DNA of 63,065 nucleotides, counting the filler, from Folioceros fuciformis (lineage: Eukaryota), in NCBI GenBank assembly GCA_049999805.1. It is 16 parts of 16 records of this genome, joined end to end, with 100 filler letters (N's around TTAATTAATTAA, not from the genome) between each part and the next. Parts side by side here need not be neighbours in the genome. Positions count along the whole stretch, not along the records: positions 34,205 to 40,603 come from JBNGIO010001814.1; positions 40,704 to 42,655 come from JBNGIO010001815.1; positions 42,756 to 45,094 come from JBNGIO010001816.1; positions 45,195 to 49,808 come from JBNGIO010001817.1; 12 more parts are not named here. One strand, given 5' to 3'. Both the position numbers and the translations under genes were made by a program. Under the pieces are notes generated by a model that worked only from the letters and a program-made list of their open reading frames with translations, searched no databases and was not told where the DNA came from. Every line of letters begins with the position of its first letter. Positions within the stretch are counted from its first letter, which is position 1. This document shows positions 36,900-48,245 of this stretch, in pieces.

Positions 36900-38286
36900 C
36901 TCTTTGACAAAATGAAGATATGTATCAAATCGGCACATTCGTGCAAAGAAATTGTGCGTACCATGCTTGATTCAAAGGACATAGGAGTCCCATTGCTATC
37001 ACAAAGGCTACTTGTTAAGGATTGGTAAGAAATTCATAGAGCAATTGAGGTATCAATTTTCTGACATTGGGCGGGGAGTAACAGGAGCTTTTTTTGCAAG
37101 GCTTGCTGGAGGAAAAGGTTGGCTCGGATGCACTACTCAATGTTTCCATTTATCTGTTAGGAGAGGATAAATTCTCGCGTTGTGTGAAAAGTTTTCGGAA
37201 GGTGTTTTGCATAGGCTGGGAAAGGTACTAGGACTTAAAGAAATGGGTGCTACTCAATGTGCCATGGTCTTTGGAGTTGAACAAATAGACTTGATCAAAA
37301 GAAGACCATGTCTTGGAGTGCATTTCTTGGATGTATCACTTCTTCAAGTTGACCTTCGAGAGGCTACCCAATGCATCTCTATACCACCTTACCGATTCGT
37401 ACACCAAGGGAGAGATCTTTTTGGAGTACAAGCAAGAAGTATGCAATGAAGGTCTCACCAACGTCTCCCATTCCCACTTTTGTGCTCTCTCGAAATGTAC
37501 TTCCCAAAAGTGAAAATTCCAAAGAGCAATAGATTCTCCAACTGCGTTGAATGTGAAACTTTGAAGTATGTGATTGAGAATGCAAGTGACCGCCTACAAT
37601 AAGGTAAGCCTCCCGCCTCACTTTGTTAATAAGAAATTGGAGGCCTAACACGCTTAAGGCACCTACTAGAGGCCAGTCGCACCCTTAGGTGCGTCAACGT
37701 GCCTTGGTGCACCATCTAGCCCGCCAATGAGGACTGGCAAGTACTTGGGCAACCCAGCTGCCCTAGCAAGCCAGATGTGTTGGCGATGCCACTAGCACAC
37801 GGATTGGCATAGCAAAAGTCCCATATGCGCCCGGTAGGGATAGGTGTTTTTGGGATGCTGCAAATATGGACACAAAAAAGCCTGACTCTCTTGCATCTTG
37901 TTTGCTGCAAGAGTCTTATGAAGCCAAGTTGTCTTGAGTGCCCATCAAGAATAGATTTAAGAGGACAGAGCAAAGCTAGGGAAGCATCGATGCAAATGTG
38001 AAGGCAAGCCAAGTCAATATATTGGAATGACAATATATGGAATGGACTAGAGCAAAATGGAACTATCAAACTTCACAAGACCTCCAAAGGATGTTGCTAA
38101 GGGGCTCATCTGCGTTCATCTTATGGGCTACCTTGTCTACAACACTAGAATGTGGACAAAAGTTTTCCTCAACTTCCCGAACATCTGAAATGACGCAAAA
38201 TTAACAATTCATATCATATAGGATGTCATTTCTAACTACAAAGGGGTATTGCCCAAGACTTTTTATCCACAGCTGGACAACAATGC
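36900..38286 (+). mobile_element. Sola-like (DUF7869-type) DDD transposase pseudogene, interrupted by the Athila-like LTR
   Basis: YHLTDSYTKGEIFLEY...VSHSHFCAL, FPKVKIPKSNRFSNCVEC, MTIYGMD*SK, VHLMGYLV, NDAKLTIHII, LPKTFYPQLDNNA ending at 38286. Confidence 0.7.
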
Positions 38287-40603
38287 TGTGGGGTTAAAAT
38301 ATGGTACCCGGGGGTACCGCGAGGTCCACACAAGCCCTCTATGTCGTTGTAGCTCTGGGATTCGATCCCAAGGGAATGATTCGTGTTAAACTACACAGGT
38401 TAGCTTCTAAAGTCAATTAGCACCTAAACTCGACTGACCCACGCACACACCTCCAGTGCTCAGTCCTTACCCAGCCCCCTTACTTCTCCCACCAGACGAC
38501 TCTCCTAGCACCCAGTCACACCAGGGGGACTACCTCCCCCTGGACTACTCTTGGTGGGCCACCGGACTACCCTCCATTCCCCAATGGACTACTACCGTCG
38601 TCTTTCGGGCTACCACTCGTGGGCCCCACTCTCTCTCTCTCTTTGTCTCTCTAGGATTTTCTCTCTCCGAGTCATCCCTACCCGGCTGTTTTCTCGCGCT
38701 TTCCCTTTTGCGCTTTCCTTCCTTGGTTCTCCACAAAATCGCCTCTCACCCTCAGGATCAAACGCACACACATATGAACAGCAACAATCTGCCGATCGCC
38801 TTCCACCCGTGTGATTTCACACTCTAGGTACACCCTCTGCAGTCTCAAATCAACTTCCTCACAGTCTCTCCAGTCTCATCGCGGCTAGTCACTCATACAC
38901 ACCACGTCTCGTTACACATTACTCACCTCGCTTCCAGGGTTTCTCCGGCTTCGTTCTCCACTCACCAGTTTTCGATATACGTTCTCCTTGTCTCTGGTTA
39001 CTCGCTTCTCCTCTTTCTCACACACGCGCACCCTCGCGCTTCTTTTTTATCCAATCCTCCGTCTTCTTTCTCAGCAATGCCCCTCCTGGGCTTCCATGAA
39101 CATTGAGGAATGGTGAGGTACCGGAGCTAAGGGAAGAGGGACCTCTTCCACTCCGAACTCGCGGATTCGGCTCCGACACCCACACCACCCACGTGACCAC
39201 TCCGAGGATAGCTGGGGAGCTTCTCTCCCACTCGGCGAGGCTCCTCCTCCCGATTCGTCCCCTGACCTGATCACGGAGCGCCCACCACCTACACCCGCAC
39301 CCCAGGTTGCTACGTGCGCTCGCTTGCCTGGACCTCCTATCCAGCAACGGCCATCGCTAGGTTCCTGCAAGGTCGACTACTCGGCTGGTGTTTTGCTCCT
39401 TCCTTAGGCCTTCAAACCGGCCTCTTGTACACGGTGATGGCAGTTTTTCCGCCATAAAGTCTGTCAGGCAAGGGGGCTGCGCTCTTAAATTCTGAGCGAC
39501 TTGGGTCCAAATAAAGCACGCTAAAAAAAACTATTCTAGCCTGCATTTACTATCGCCCTGTCCTGCGCCACTGGCGGCTTCCTCCTGGCCTTCGCACGTC
39601 ACCCCTCGCTGCTCCTCCTCTCGCTCTTCTGCCCCTCCGTTGATCCGGCAGGTCCTCCCAGAGGATCTCCACATCATTGCTGCTGTTGCTGGGCCTGGCT
39701 GGCGGTGCAGGTGGGTCCCGCCGCTGTGGTCCACCACCCCTCCTCCTTCTCTGGTTGCTGAGGACAGCCACAGGCCCCCGTTCTACCCAGCGTTGGGCCT
39801 CCTCTTCCGTCAGTTCCTCCAGAATTGCCTCCGCATAGTAGTGGGGCAGTCCTGTCACCCACCATCTGTAGTGGTAGAGTCCCAGGCGCGTCCTCAACTG
39901 CAGCACGTAGCCCCGCGTCCCTCCTGTGCCCATACGTACATACAAAAACAGCTTCAAAACCCTGGCCCCTTCTACATATAGTACTGGCACATAGGAGGCC
40001 TCCTCCTCATACTGCAGCACAATCCGACCTTCTGTCATCATAGAGGTGCTTACCCCGTCCTCCCTTGGGCTACCTCGGGTTGCCTGCTCCCCCTCCTGCT
40101 GGGGTACCTGAAGGTTCTCTGCCTGCCCAGCTGGTGTCTCCTCCGGTTCTGTTCTCCTGGTACGGGTCACCCTCCTAGAGCGCCTAGGGGCAGGCGCCCC
40201 TATTGCTTCCTCCTTTTCAAGGGTTGGTTCTTCAGCTATCCTGGGCCTTGCTGGGCCACCGGTAGCCCCATCGACTACCCGACTACTGGTAGTCCCGTGG
40301 ACTACCGGACTATCGGTAGCCCCGTCGGCTACCCGACTACTGGTAGTCCCGTGGACTACCGGACTACCGGTAGCCCCCTCGACTACCGTTCCCCTGGTTC
40401 GGCTACCGGTAGCCCCGTCGGCTACCGGGGTCGTCGTTTGACTTGGGCGCCCAGCCTTGCTCTTCCCCTTCACTCTCTCTCTGGCCTCATCCCGCTCCTG
40501 CTTGTATCTGTCAGCTAACTTCTGAGCCTGCTCCACAGCGGCTATCTCCATCTCTTGTGCCTTGGCCATTTCCTGTTGCAACTCCAGGTTAGTCTCGTGA
40601 GCC
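38287..40603 (-). mobile_element. Athila-like 3' or solo LTR with accessory ORF
   Basis: Terminus homologous to 29865 but flanked by the Sola-like target instead of a PBS; TATA-like ATTTAAGAGC at ~39490 on the minus strand. Confidence 0.8.
39550..40602 (-). CDS. Uninterrupted accessory ORF (>=350 aa, open at the contig edge): coiled coil, VADGAT repeats, aromatic domain, Arg-rich tail
   Basis: Open frame with homologues at 28533-28702, 31475-31680 and 31681-32416. Confidence 0.85.
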   Translation of the reverse strand, partial: AHETNLELQQEMAKAQEMEIAAVEQAQKLADRYKQERDEARERVKGKSKAGRPSQTTTPVADGATGSRTRGTVVEGATGSPVVHGTTSSRVADGATDSPVVHGTTSSRVVDGATGGPARPRIAEEPTLEKEEAIGAPAPRRSRRVTRTRRTEPEETPAGQAENLQVPQQEGEQATRGSPREDGVSTSMMTEGRIVLQYEEEASYVPVLYVEGARVLKLFLYVRMGTGGTRGYVLQLRTRLGLYHYRWWVTGLPHYYAEAILEELTEEEAQRWVERGPVAVLSNQRRRRGGGPQRRDPPAPPARPSNSSNDVEILWEDLPDQRRGRRARGGAARGDVRRPGGSRQWRRTGR

Positions 40604-41213
40604 NNNNNNNNNNNNNNNNNNNNNNNNNNNNNNNNNNNNNNNNNNNNTTAATTAATTAANNNNNNNNNNNNNNNNNNNNNNNNNNNNNNNNNNNNNNNNN
40701 NNNAGTAAAGAGCTTACCTTGTACGTCCTTTGCTTTTGTGAATCCAGCTCTTTGGATTGATACGTTAGTTAATTTCAATAAATTTCTTAAGAAGTGCATC
40801 TTTCGTATAAGCTAGAAGAATATTCCTCGACATAAAACTAATGGAATTTGACTGCATGCTTTGTGATGGATAACATCCATCCAAGTCTGGCACGAAACTA
40901 CCGAGAGCTGCAAAGGGGAAAAGCTAGGATGGTACGCAGAGAGTTTGTGCGCCCTCCAACATTGACTCACAGTCATCAGGTTGGCCAAGTAACGACTACG
41001 GGCCAAAGGCGTGTGGCCACGAGAGGGGAAGGAAATGTGGAGTCCAACATTTCATTGTGATGCACACCTTTCACCGACTGAAGACGTGGTTGGTGGTCCT
41101 TCAAAGACCAGGACTCGTCTACGACTTGTTGACGCTCCTGATCCTTCTTGAGAAGCTGAAGGAAGCTATAAAGGACCGTGAGAGCTTCTACAGCGTGAAG
41201 TGTGAAGCTCACA

Positions 41214-41845
41214 ATGACGACGGCGTCCATGTCTTGGTTCAAGATGAACGGAAGAGTCCGCAGCTTGGCAGCATCATCTCTGGCACTGGCATTTGTTGTG
41301 TGTGCGCTACTCGGAGCAGCAGAAGCTCAGTCGGAGAGTAATGTGTACACCACTTACAACTTGTACAACGCAGCCGGGAACAACTGGTCGCTCAATGGCC
41401 TCTACTGCGCGACTGTGGACAGCGGCCAGTCGCTGGCCTGGAGGCAGCAGTACCTATGGACTGCCTACTGCGCCCCTGCTGTTCCCATGGATCTCAGCGT
41501 CTGCGGCCGCTGCATCTTGGTCGGTGTCCTATCCACTCTTGCGGGATTCGCAACTTTGAATGCTCAATTAGGTCGTCCAAGATGAAATCCATAAACGCAG
41601 TGTCGACGTCAAGGAATGGAACGCTGAACGAAGTGTCCAGATTGAAACAGAGTACTCATGACGCTGCGTTGTGATCGCAGGTGACAAACCCAGGCACAGG
41701 AGCCAGTGTGGTTGTGAGGATTGTGGACAAGTGTGCCAACGGGGGCTTAGATCTGGACCAGCCCGCCTTCAATGCCATCGACACGAACGGGGCCGGCTAC
41801 AACGCGGGCCACTTGTTCACCAGTTACACTTTTGTGAATTGCTGA
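41214..41845 (+). CDS. PR4: Barwin-domain pathogenesis-related protein 4 (class II, secreted); exons 41214-41519 and 41681-41845
   Basis: TATAAA at 41167; signal peptide ending [58 protein letters not shown] intron; the start may be ATG 41229 or 41244. Confidence 0.96.
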
Positions 41846-43334
41846 ATTGCACCTGTTGCCATGCCGACACTGCCTTGGCTGTAGTCTAAGAGATGTGCAA
41901 AATGTAAAGCCTCACAACAATGATGTGAATTTGAGGGTTTCTGTTTCTCAAGTGTCTCCCCCACCCTGTCACACGGACCTTCGAAGGTCGCCCTAGGGGT
42001 TTGGTCTGTTGCATAAAGTTTACAGCAAAATGCCAGACTCCGCATCAAACTCGTCGATACCGTTCGTCCACCACCAGGCCATCAACTGTCAGTGAGCCAT
42101 GGAGACATTCCCAAATCTTGAGTCTCCAGGTCCGCCGAATGGTTGCTTTTCGATCGCACGGATTGATCGCCCCGTTTTCGTGTGGCTGGTTGGAAATTTC
42201 CGGTATTTCTAGGTTTGAAGCCCAAAATGTACATCCCATCACTTGAAATATCGAGCTCCTGAAATGGAATCCATTCTTATCCTGTTACGGCCGTAACATG
42301 GACTACATATATACGTATGTGCGCCCGTCCGAGAGAAAGGAATATGTACGTCGCAGTGATTCGCTACTGCGCTATATACGTACATACATATTTTGATGGT
42401 CCTGTTATTGAAAACCTAGCTGAGGTCGAAATTTGTGCCTCCGCAGCTAGGGATCCAAGTCACGGTGTCCGTTGTGCGTCGTGAACAGAGACGTTCTCGA
42501 CTCCCGCTACTCTCCGCTGGCTGTTCAATCGAGCGGCACGCCCTGGTGCTGCTAGGTTTGAACTCTGCATTCGTCTTCTGAGTTAGCAGTCGCGGGGCCC
42601 GGTTCCGGACGGCGAGCGGCTTGATTGTGAGCAGCCCCAATCCACGCGATGGCGCNNNNNNNNNNNNNNNNNNNNNNNNNNNNNNNNNNNNNNNNNNNNT
42701 TAATTAATTAANNNNNNNNNNNNNNNNNNNNNNNNNNNNNNNNNNNNNNNNNNNNCTTAGGCAAACCTAGTCTCTTTTTGTAGCCTTGCTCTTGGCCATA
42801 GGTCAAGGACAAATTAAGGCTAGGATTGTTGCTCCTGGGCCGAAGGCCGAGGAGATCGCAGGCAGGCGGAAGCTTAGTGACCTAGCTTGGTAGACAGGCT
42901 AGGTAGGCATGCAGCTATGCGGCTGCTGCGCGACATCTTCCTTCCTGATCGCCTCTTGCACTGAATGGGCATCTAGCATCCTTCCCTTGGTGGCTTTTCC
43001 TTCAGGTTCATGCTTAAGGAACAAGGTCTTTTAAGTGGTAGTATTGGAGTTCCGGGTCGGATTTTGTCTTGGCTGGTCAAGTATGTACCTCTCTCTTCCT
43101 TCCACCTCGGCTCTTGAGTTTCATGTTCGTTCGCATTCATTTCATTCGCTTTTCTCCTAGAATCGTGCATACGTTGGAATGTTCTCCATTCGTGTCCTAT
43201 GCGGATTTTAGATCTCCTTCTGCAGCAAGAAATGGATCTGAGCTGGATCAGATCAGATGTATCATTTTGTTAGCTGCACTCCAATCTAGGCCAACTGTTC
43301 TCACAAGATCTATCACATCGGCCTCCCAAGCAAT

Positions 43335-44164
43335 TGTAGAGGCATTGGACAGCGAAAGAATTGGTAGTATTGCAGGCTAAAAAAAAGGAATGACATGGAC
43401 AAATATCAAGTTGGAGGGAGCAAAGAGTGGACCAAAACAGAAGCCCAGCGATGGACAACTATTGCAACCTAATGCCTCAATCAAGGTGTCACCCGGACTG
43501 TTGCCAAATGCCAAAACAAGTGGGAGGCTCTCTTCACAGATTACAAAAAAATCAGCAACTTCCATAAGACCATTCCGAGTAGGAAGGACGGATATTGAGC
43601 GAAGGATTCCAAAACCAGAGCAAGCTATGGTCTACATGCCAATTTCTTTCAAATTATATATGATCATGTCGATTCTTGGTGTGGTGAGAGTCGTGTTGTC
43701 AATCCAAAAGGGCTTTTTTTTATTCATCTAGCATTAATTCATAGAGTACTGCAAACCACGAGGAATTTGAGTTGTTCGGCATGCTAGTTTACATGGAACT
43801 GTTGTTTTGGTTGGAACTGGTGTACCGAATGAAATAGACACAACAAATGCAGATTATGATGTGGAAAATAACGATACCGGTACTTCTCTTGTGAAAGAGG
43901 CCTTTTCTAAGAAGAGGAAAAAGGCCTCCAAAAGTGTTCAAGGGTTACTCCCCATTTTGCAGCAGAACAATGAGGTGTTGGTTGAATCAATGCAGGAGAG
44001 ACATAATGAGACTATTCAGTGAGATGAAGAGAGATAGTGAGATGCTAGAGTTGAAAATTAAGAAGCTAGAAAAGTCTAAAAAACTAACAAGTTACAATAA
44101 TGCTATGGGTAGTATAAGAGATAGCTTGAGATTCTTGGAAGAATCCATACTTAAAGCAACATAG
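43335..44164 (+). pseudogene. Trihelix/Myb-SANT-like DNA-binding protein pseudogene (possibly PIF/Harbinger-derived)
   Basis: HWTAKELVVLQAK, then after a frameshift RWTTIAT*CLNQGVTRTVAKCQNKWEALFTDYKKI...GY*...LHANF..IYDHVDSW; downstream KKRKK and coiled-coil segment. Confidence 0.75.
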
Positions 44165-44957
44165 AGAGTCCCTAGCTGATCTTAGGATACTTGCCAAGGA
44201 GGGTACCTCCTCAACACCAAGAACAAAAGATTCCAAAATACCAGCATCACGAATGAGAAAATGGGAAACCAAAATAGGAGTCGAAAAAGCCCGACTCCCA
44301 AGAAATGCCGTTGATGCCAATATCTTCATTGCCAATGAACCAATGTCTCCAAACAAGATAGGAAGAGACACCTATTGCCTTGCAAGATCCCTAGAGTCAC
44401 ACTCAAAAGTACCACGACTGATTATATCATCAAAAACTTACATAATCCTATTGTCAAAGTTCCTCAAGCTTGCTAGGAATGTCAAAGAGGGAATGCCGTT
44501 TAGAGAAGGTGCTTTGGACGATGTGCGGGAGAGAATCTTGAAAGCTATGTGGGTCCCCTAAATTAGCAAGGTCATCCGCATGGGCTAGGTCCTCCTCCAC
44601 GGCCGTATCCATAAAGCTTTTGACAAAGGTTGAAGGCCCCACCAAGACCCTCAAAACTTAAAGGCCTTGTGAGGAAGCAACTTTGCCCCTTCGGAAGGCC
44701 AGAGAAGGCAATTCTACTGAAATGGACCAAACCTTGCACTTAGAAATCTTCACCTTTAGACCAATGTGAGCTAACTCTGAGGAAAAAAGCTCGAAAGCTT
44801 CCCTTGTGCAATCACCTGACCCCAAAATATGAGCATCATTTGCCACATAAGGATATAAGCAATCATAAATTGATGAGGTAGTAACAAAAAGGTCCTTGAA
44901 GTGAGCCATTGCAAAGAGGCCCCCAAATGCGACCAATTTATAGCCTCTAGGAGTCAT
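44165..44957 (-). mobile_element. CRE-like non-LTR retrotransposon RT fragment
   Basis: GGLFAMAHF, YVANDAHILG (decayed ADD motif), ELAHIGLKVKISKCKVWS, LVGPSTFVKSF, SLPILFGDIGSL...ASTAFLGS. Confidence 0.7.
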
Positions 44958-45194
44958 TTAGGGTTTAGGGCACAATCACTCCTATCTTGAGTTTTCCTTC
45001 TTCTATTTTCTTTTTATAGTTTTTGTTTATCAGCCAACACCCGATTCACACTTCTTCCACACTCAAGGGGAGAAGGTCTCACCCCATGCAATGCNNNNNN
45101 NNNNNNNNNNNNNNNNNNNNNNNNNNNNNNNNNNNNNNTTAATTAATTAANNNNNNNNNNNNNNNNNNNNNNNNNNNNNNNNNNNNNNNNNNNN

Positions 45195-48100
45195 CCCTCG
45201 TTGCTGGTGTCCAAGCTCCTGCTCAGCGGCGTCGCTGTGGAACATTGGCTCGAAGACGTTAAACTAGGCTTAAGGTATGCGGAAGGAGTCGTGAATTGCG
45301 AAACGTATATTTTGAAAGGAAGAAAGCTTAAGCTTGCCTGTGGTGATGAGTGCGGACTTGACGGCCGCGACGCTCCAGGTCGGGTGGAGGGCCATCAGCA
45401 ACGCTGCAGCTCCGGCGGCGTGTGGGCACGACATGGAGGTTCCCGAGATGATATTGAAGTCGGAGAACACTGCATCATAGGATCCGACGCCGTATTGGAT
45501 GGGGACCGATGCCGCCCAGGCTGCCAGGATGTTCACCCCTGGTGCAGTTATGTCCGGCTGCCAAATCCATCAGATAGTACTATCAGCAGCAGCAGATGCC
45601 ACTCTTCAAGGCTGCTCTTTTGCGGATTCCATCCATGGTTAGCTGCCTTCTTCATGCGGGATCGAGCGTACTCACCTTAAGGACTTGAGGTGTGCTGTAG
45701 GAAGGACCGCGGGAAGAGAACCCTATAACCTGAGGCGCAGGCCTGTAGCTATCGTCGGTCGTCTTGAGGATCACCGCCGTAGGGTTTCTGCATGTACAAT
45801 GTGCACGTAGGAGCCATGAGGTGCACGTCAAGACGCCACTCCAAGGAGTTGAACCTGACCAAAAATACTCTACCGTGTGGAAGTGATGTAGGAGGAGATG
45901 AGCCGAGCATCGTCGCTGGTCACACAACTTGAGGGAAACGGGGTAGGAAATGCGACTCCCTCCGCAATATCGAGGAAAGTGCCTCCAAGAATCACTCCTG
46001 CCGCACCGCTAAGAACCGCATAATCCAAATAGTACCAATGGTACTGCTCGCAGAACACAATTTTGTCCTTCACTTTCTCAGGGTCAAGACCATGTACCGC
46101 GCAGCTTCTGCCATTCATGATCCATCAGACAACGTGCATCGTGTGAGGGGTTTGTGATGGAATGTTTGAAATCTTGCAACCGAGAGCAGCAGGTTCTCGA
46201 TCGATGTCGATTGTACCGTGAAACTTCGACGTTCACATCGTCGAAGCCGGCGGTTCGTCCACTCACTAACGGGTATGACCTCCTCTTGGGATTGATGACG
46301 TTGATGCTGACACCCTGCAGACAAATTCACGAAACAAAGATCACGAGCCGCTGATACTCGCTCGGGTTTGCCCTGCAGCTAGAGCAGATGAGGTTGTAAG
46401 ATTGACAGATAGACTACCTTCACCACGGAGCCGTCTCCGAGATGGACTGCCGTAACAAAGTCCCGCTTGATGGTGCTGGCAGCAACAGTGAGGAGCCAAG
46501 GCGCGGTGTTGGTCACCAATCCAGGGTAGGGGCCGGAGTTTCCAGCAGAAGCGGATACCAAAATGTTTCTGGTAAGGGCATGGAAAGATCCGATCGTAAT
46601 TGAGTCCGTCAACAAGTCTTGAAATGGGTCGCCTCCTAGCGATACTGAGATAATGTCCACCCGGTCCGCAACTGCCTCATCGAATCCCGCCAAGATGTCA
46701 GCGTCATAGCAACCAACGAAGCCACACACTTTGTACATCGCGACATGGGCATGTGGAGCTCCTCCCACGGCAGTTCCTGCGCCGAATGGAAAACGCCATT
46801 GCAATCAGGCAGGGAAGGATGTACGATTCCAGTATGCTTAAATCGCAGCGAATGTGCTTTCCAGCGAAGTGAGCATACTCACCTTTTGCTACGCCGTGAA
46901 GACTGGCATTGGCCACTGGGCTGCCTGCTGCAGTAGAGGCGGTGTGGGTACCATGCCCTACCGCATCTCGAGGCGACATCACTAGTTCTGGAGCCAGAGT
47001 GTGGTCACCTCCGTTTGCCTCCATCTGGTACGCTGTTAAGAACACCTTGGCTCCGATCAGCTTTCTGCACACCCAGCGTCGCAGGCACACTCCCATCGTC
47101 AACATTGGTGACCTCAGCTGTTTGAGAGAGGTGGATGGCTAGAGATGACATACCACCATTCGGGGTGTGTCGCTTACTTGTTGCAACTGGAAACAGGGAA
47201 GTCGTCTGCAGATTGACAGCTGCCTTTCCATTTGGCTGGAATGGGTGCGAGGGGAACGCTCTCGTCACTGAAGCTTGCAGACTCAGGCCAGATTCCTGCA
47301 GGCCAACACTTCGTCAATGGAGCCGGCCCGACAGCACGATACCCATCCATGTGACAACACAAGGTTGAAGTGGTGCAGAGTGCTTAAAAGTTCCAGGATT
47401 GAAGGACATGCCCGAATCAAGAAGTCCGATGATGACTCCATCACCATATCTTGATGCCGGCCACAGGCCTGAATTTAAGTTGAGCCCCAAATACGTCCAG
47501 CTCTTGGTGGTAGCCAGTTGTCGGATCCCACTTTCAAACACCGAGACCACGTCGGGGTGATCTGGGCACAAACATTCGACATCACGGAGCTTGAGTGCGA
47601 TTGCCCGATTCTTCAAGAACAATGTGAGACAAGAAAATCTATGCTCCAACATCTGCAAATGTCGCACTAGTCAACGTCGAGTGGAACATACTCTTGAGGA
47701 CAGCCGCCTGCTGCTCGGATAGTGTGGCAGCAAATCCACTGAAAGACTTCACGTAGTGGTACACAACGGACTGTCGGACGGCAGCCTTGCTGCTTGAACG
47801 TATACATGTCAGCTTCGCTTAGATGGTGAATGTTTCATCAGGATAAACATAAGCACATGAACAGGGAAACTCAAAACCGCAACCATAAACTACCTCGGCA
47901 AGACGGTTTGCAAAATCGACCGGTGATGTGCAACTGTGCGTTCATGAGCACCACCATGGATGGCGGCGCCAAGGTAAACAATGTATATCTACGAACGGGA
48001 CAAGGTTACTTTTCACAGTCTGTAAAAGTTTGGACTCTCCAATCCTCTGCAAAGGACTCGCAGTTTGTGCAGTAGCAAGTCTCTACCTTTACTGCGGGCT

Positions 48101-48245
48101 TTGCCCCTGGAGCGGCCAACTTCGTATCCGAACTGGGAGTATGAAAGGTAGCAGAGGCCAGAGAAGCCATGACCAAAAGCAACAAGCCCAGAGACGAAGC
48201 CGTCAGACCGAGTCTCCACATCATGTTCGACGCCATTGTCTGCAT
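45195..48245 (-). CDS. SBT: Subtilisin-like serine protease (S8A), multi-exon, 3' end cut by the contig edge
   Basis: Signal peptide; I9 prodomain IYIVYLG and [14 protein letters not shown]; catalytic [42 protein letters not shown] domain; [20 protein letters not shown]; splice sites fit. Confidence 0.96.
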
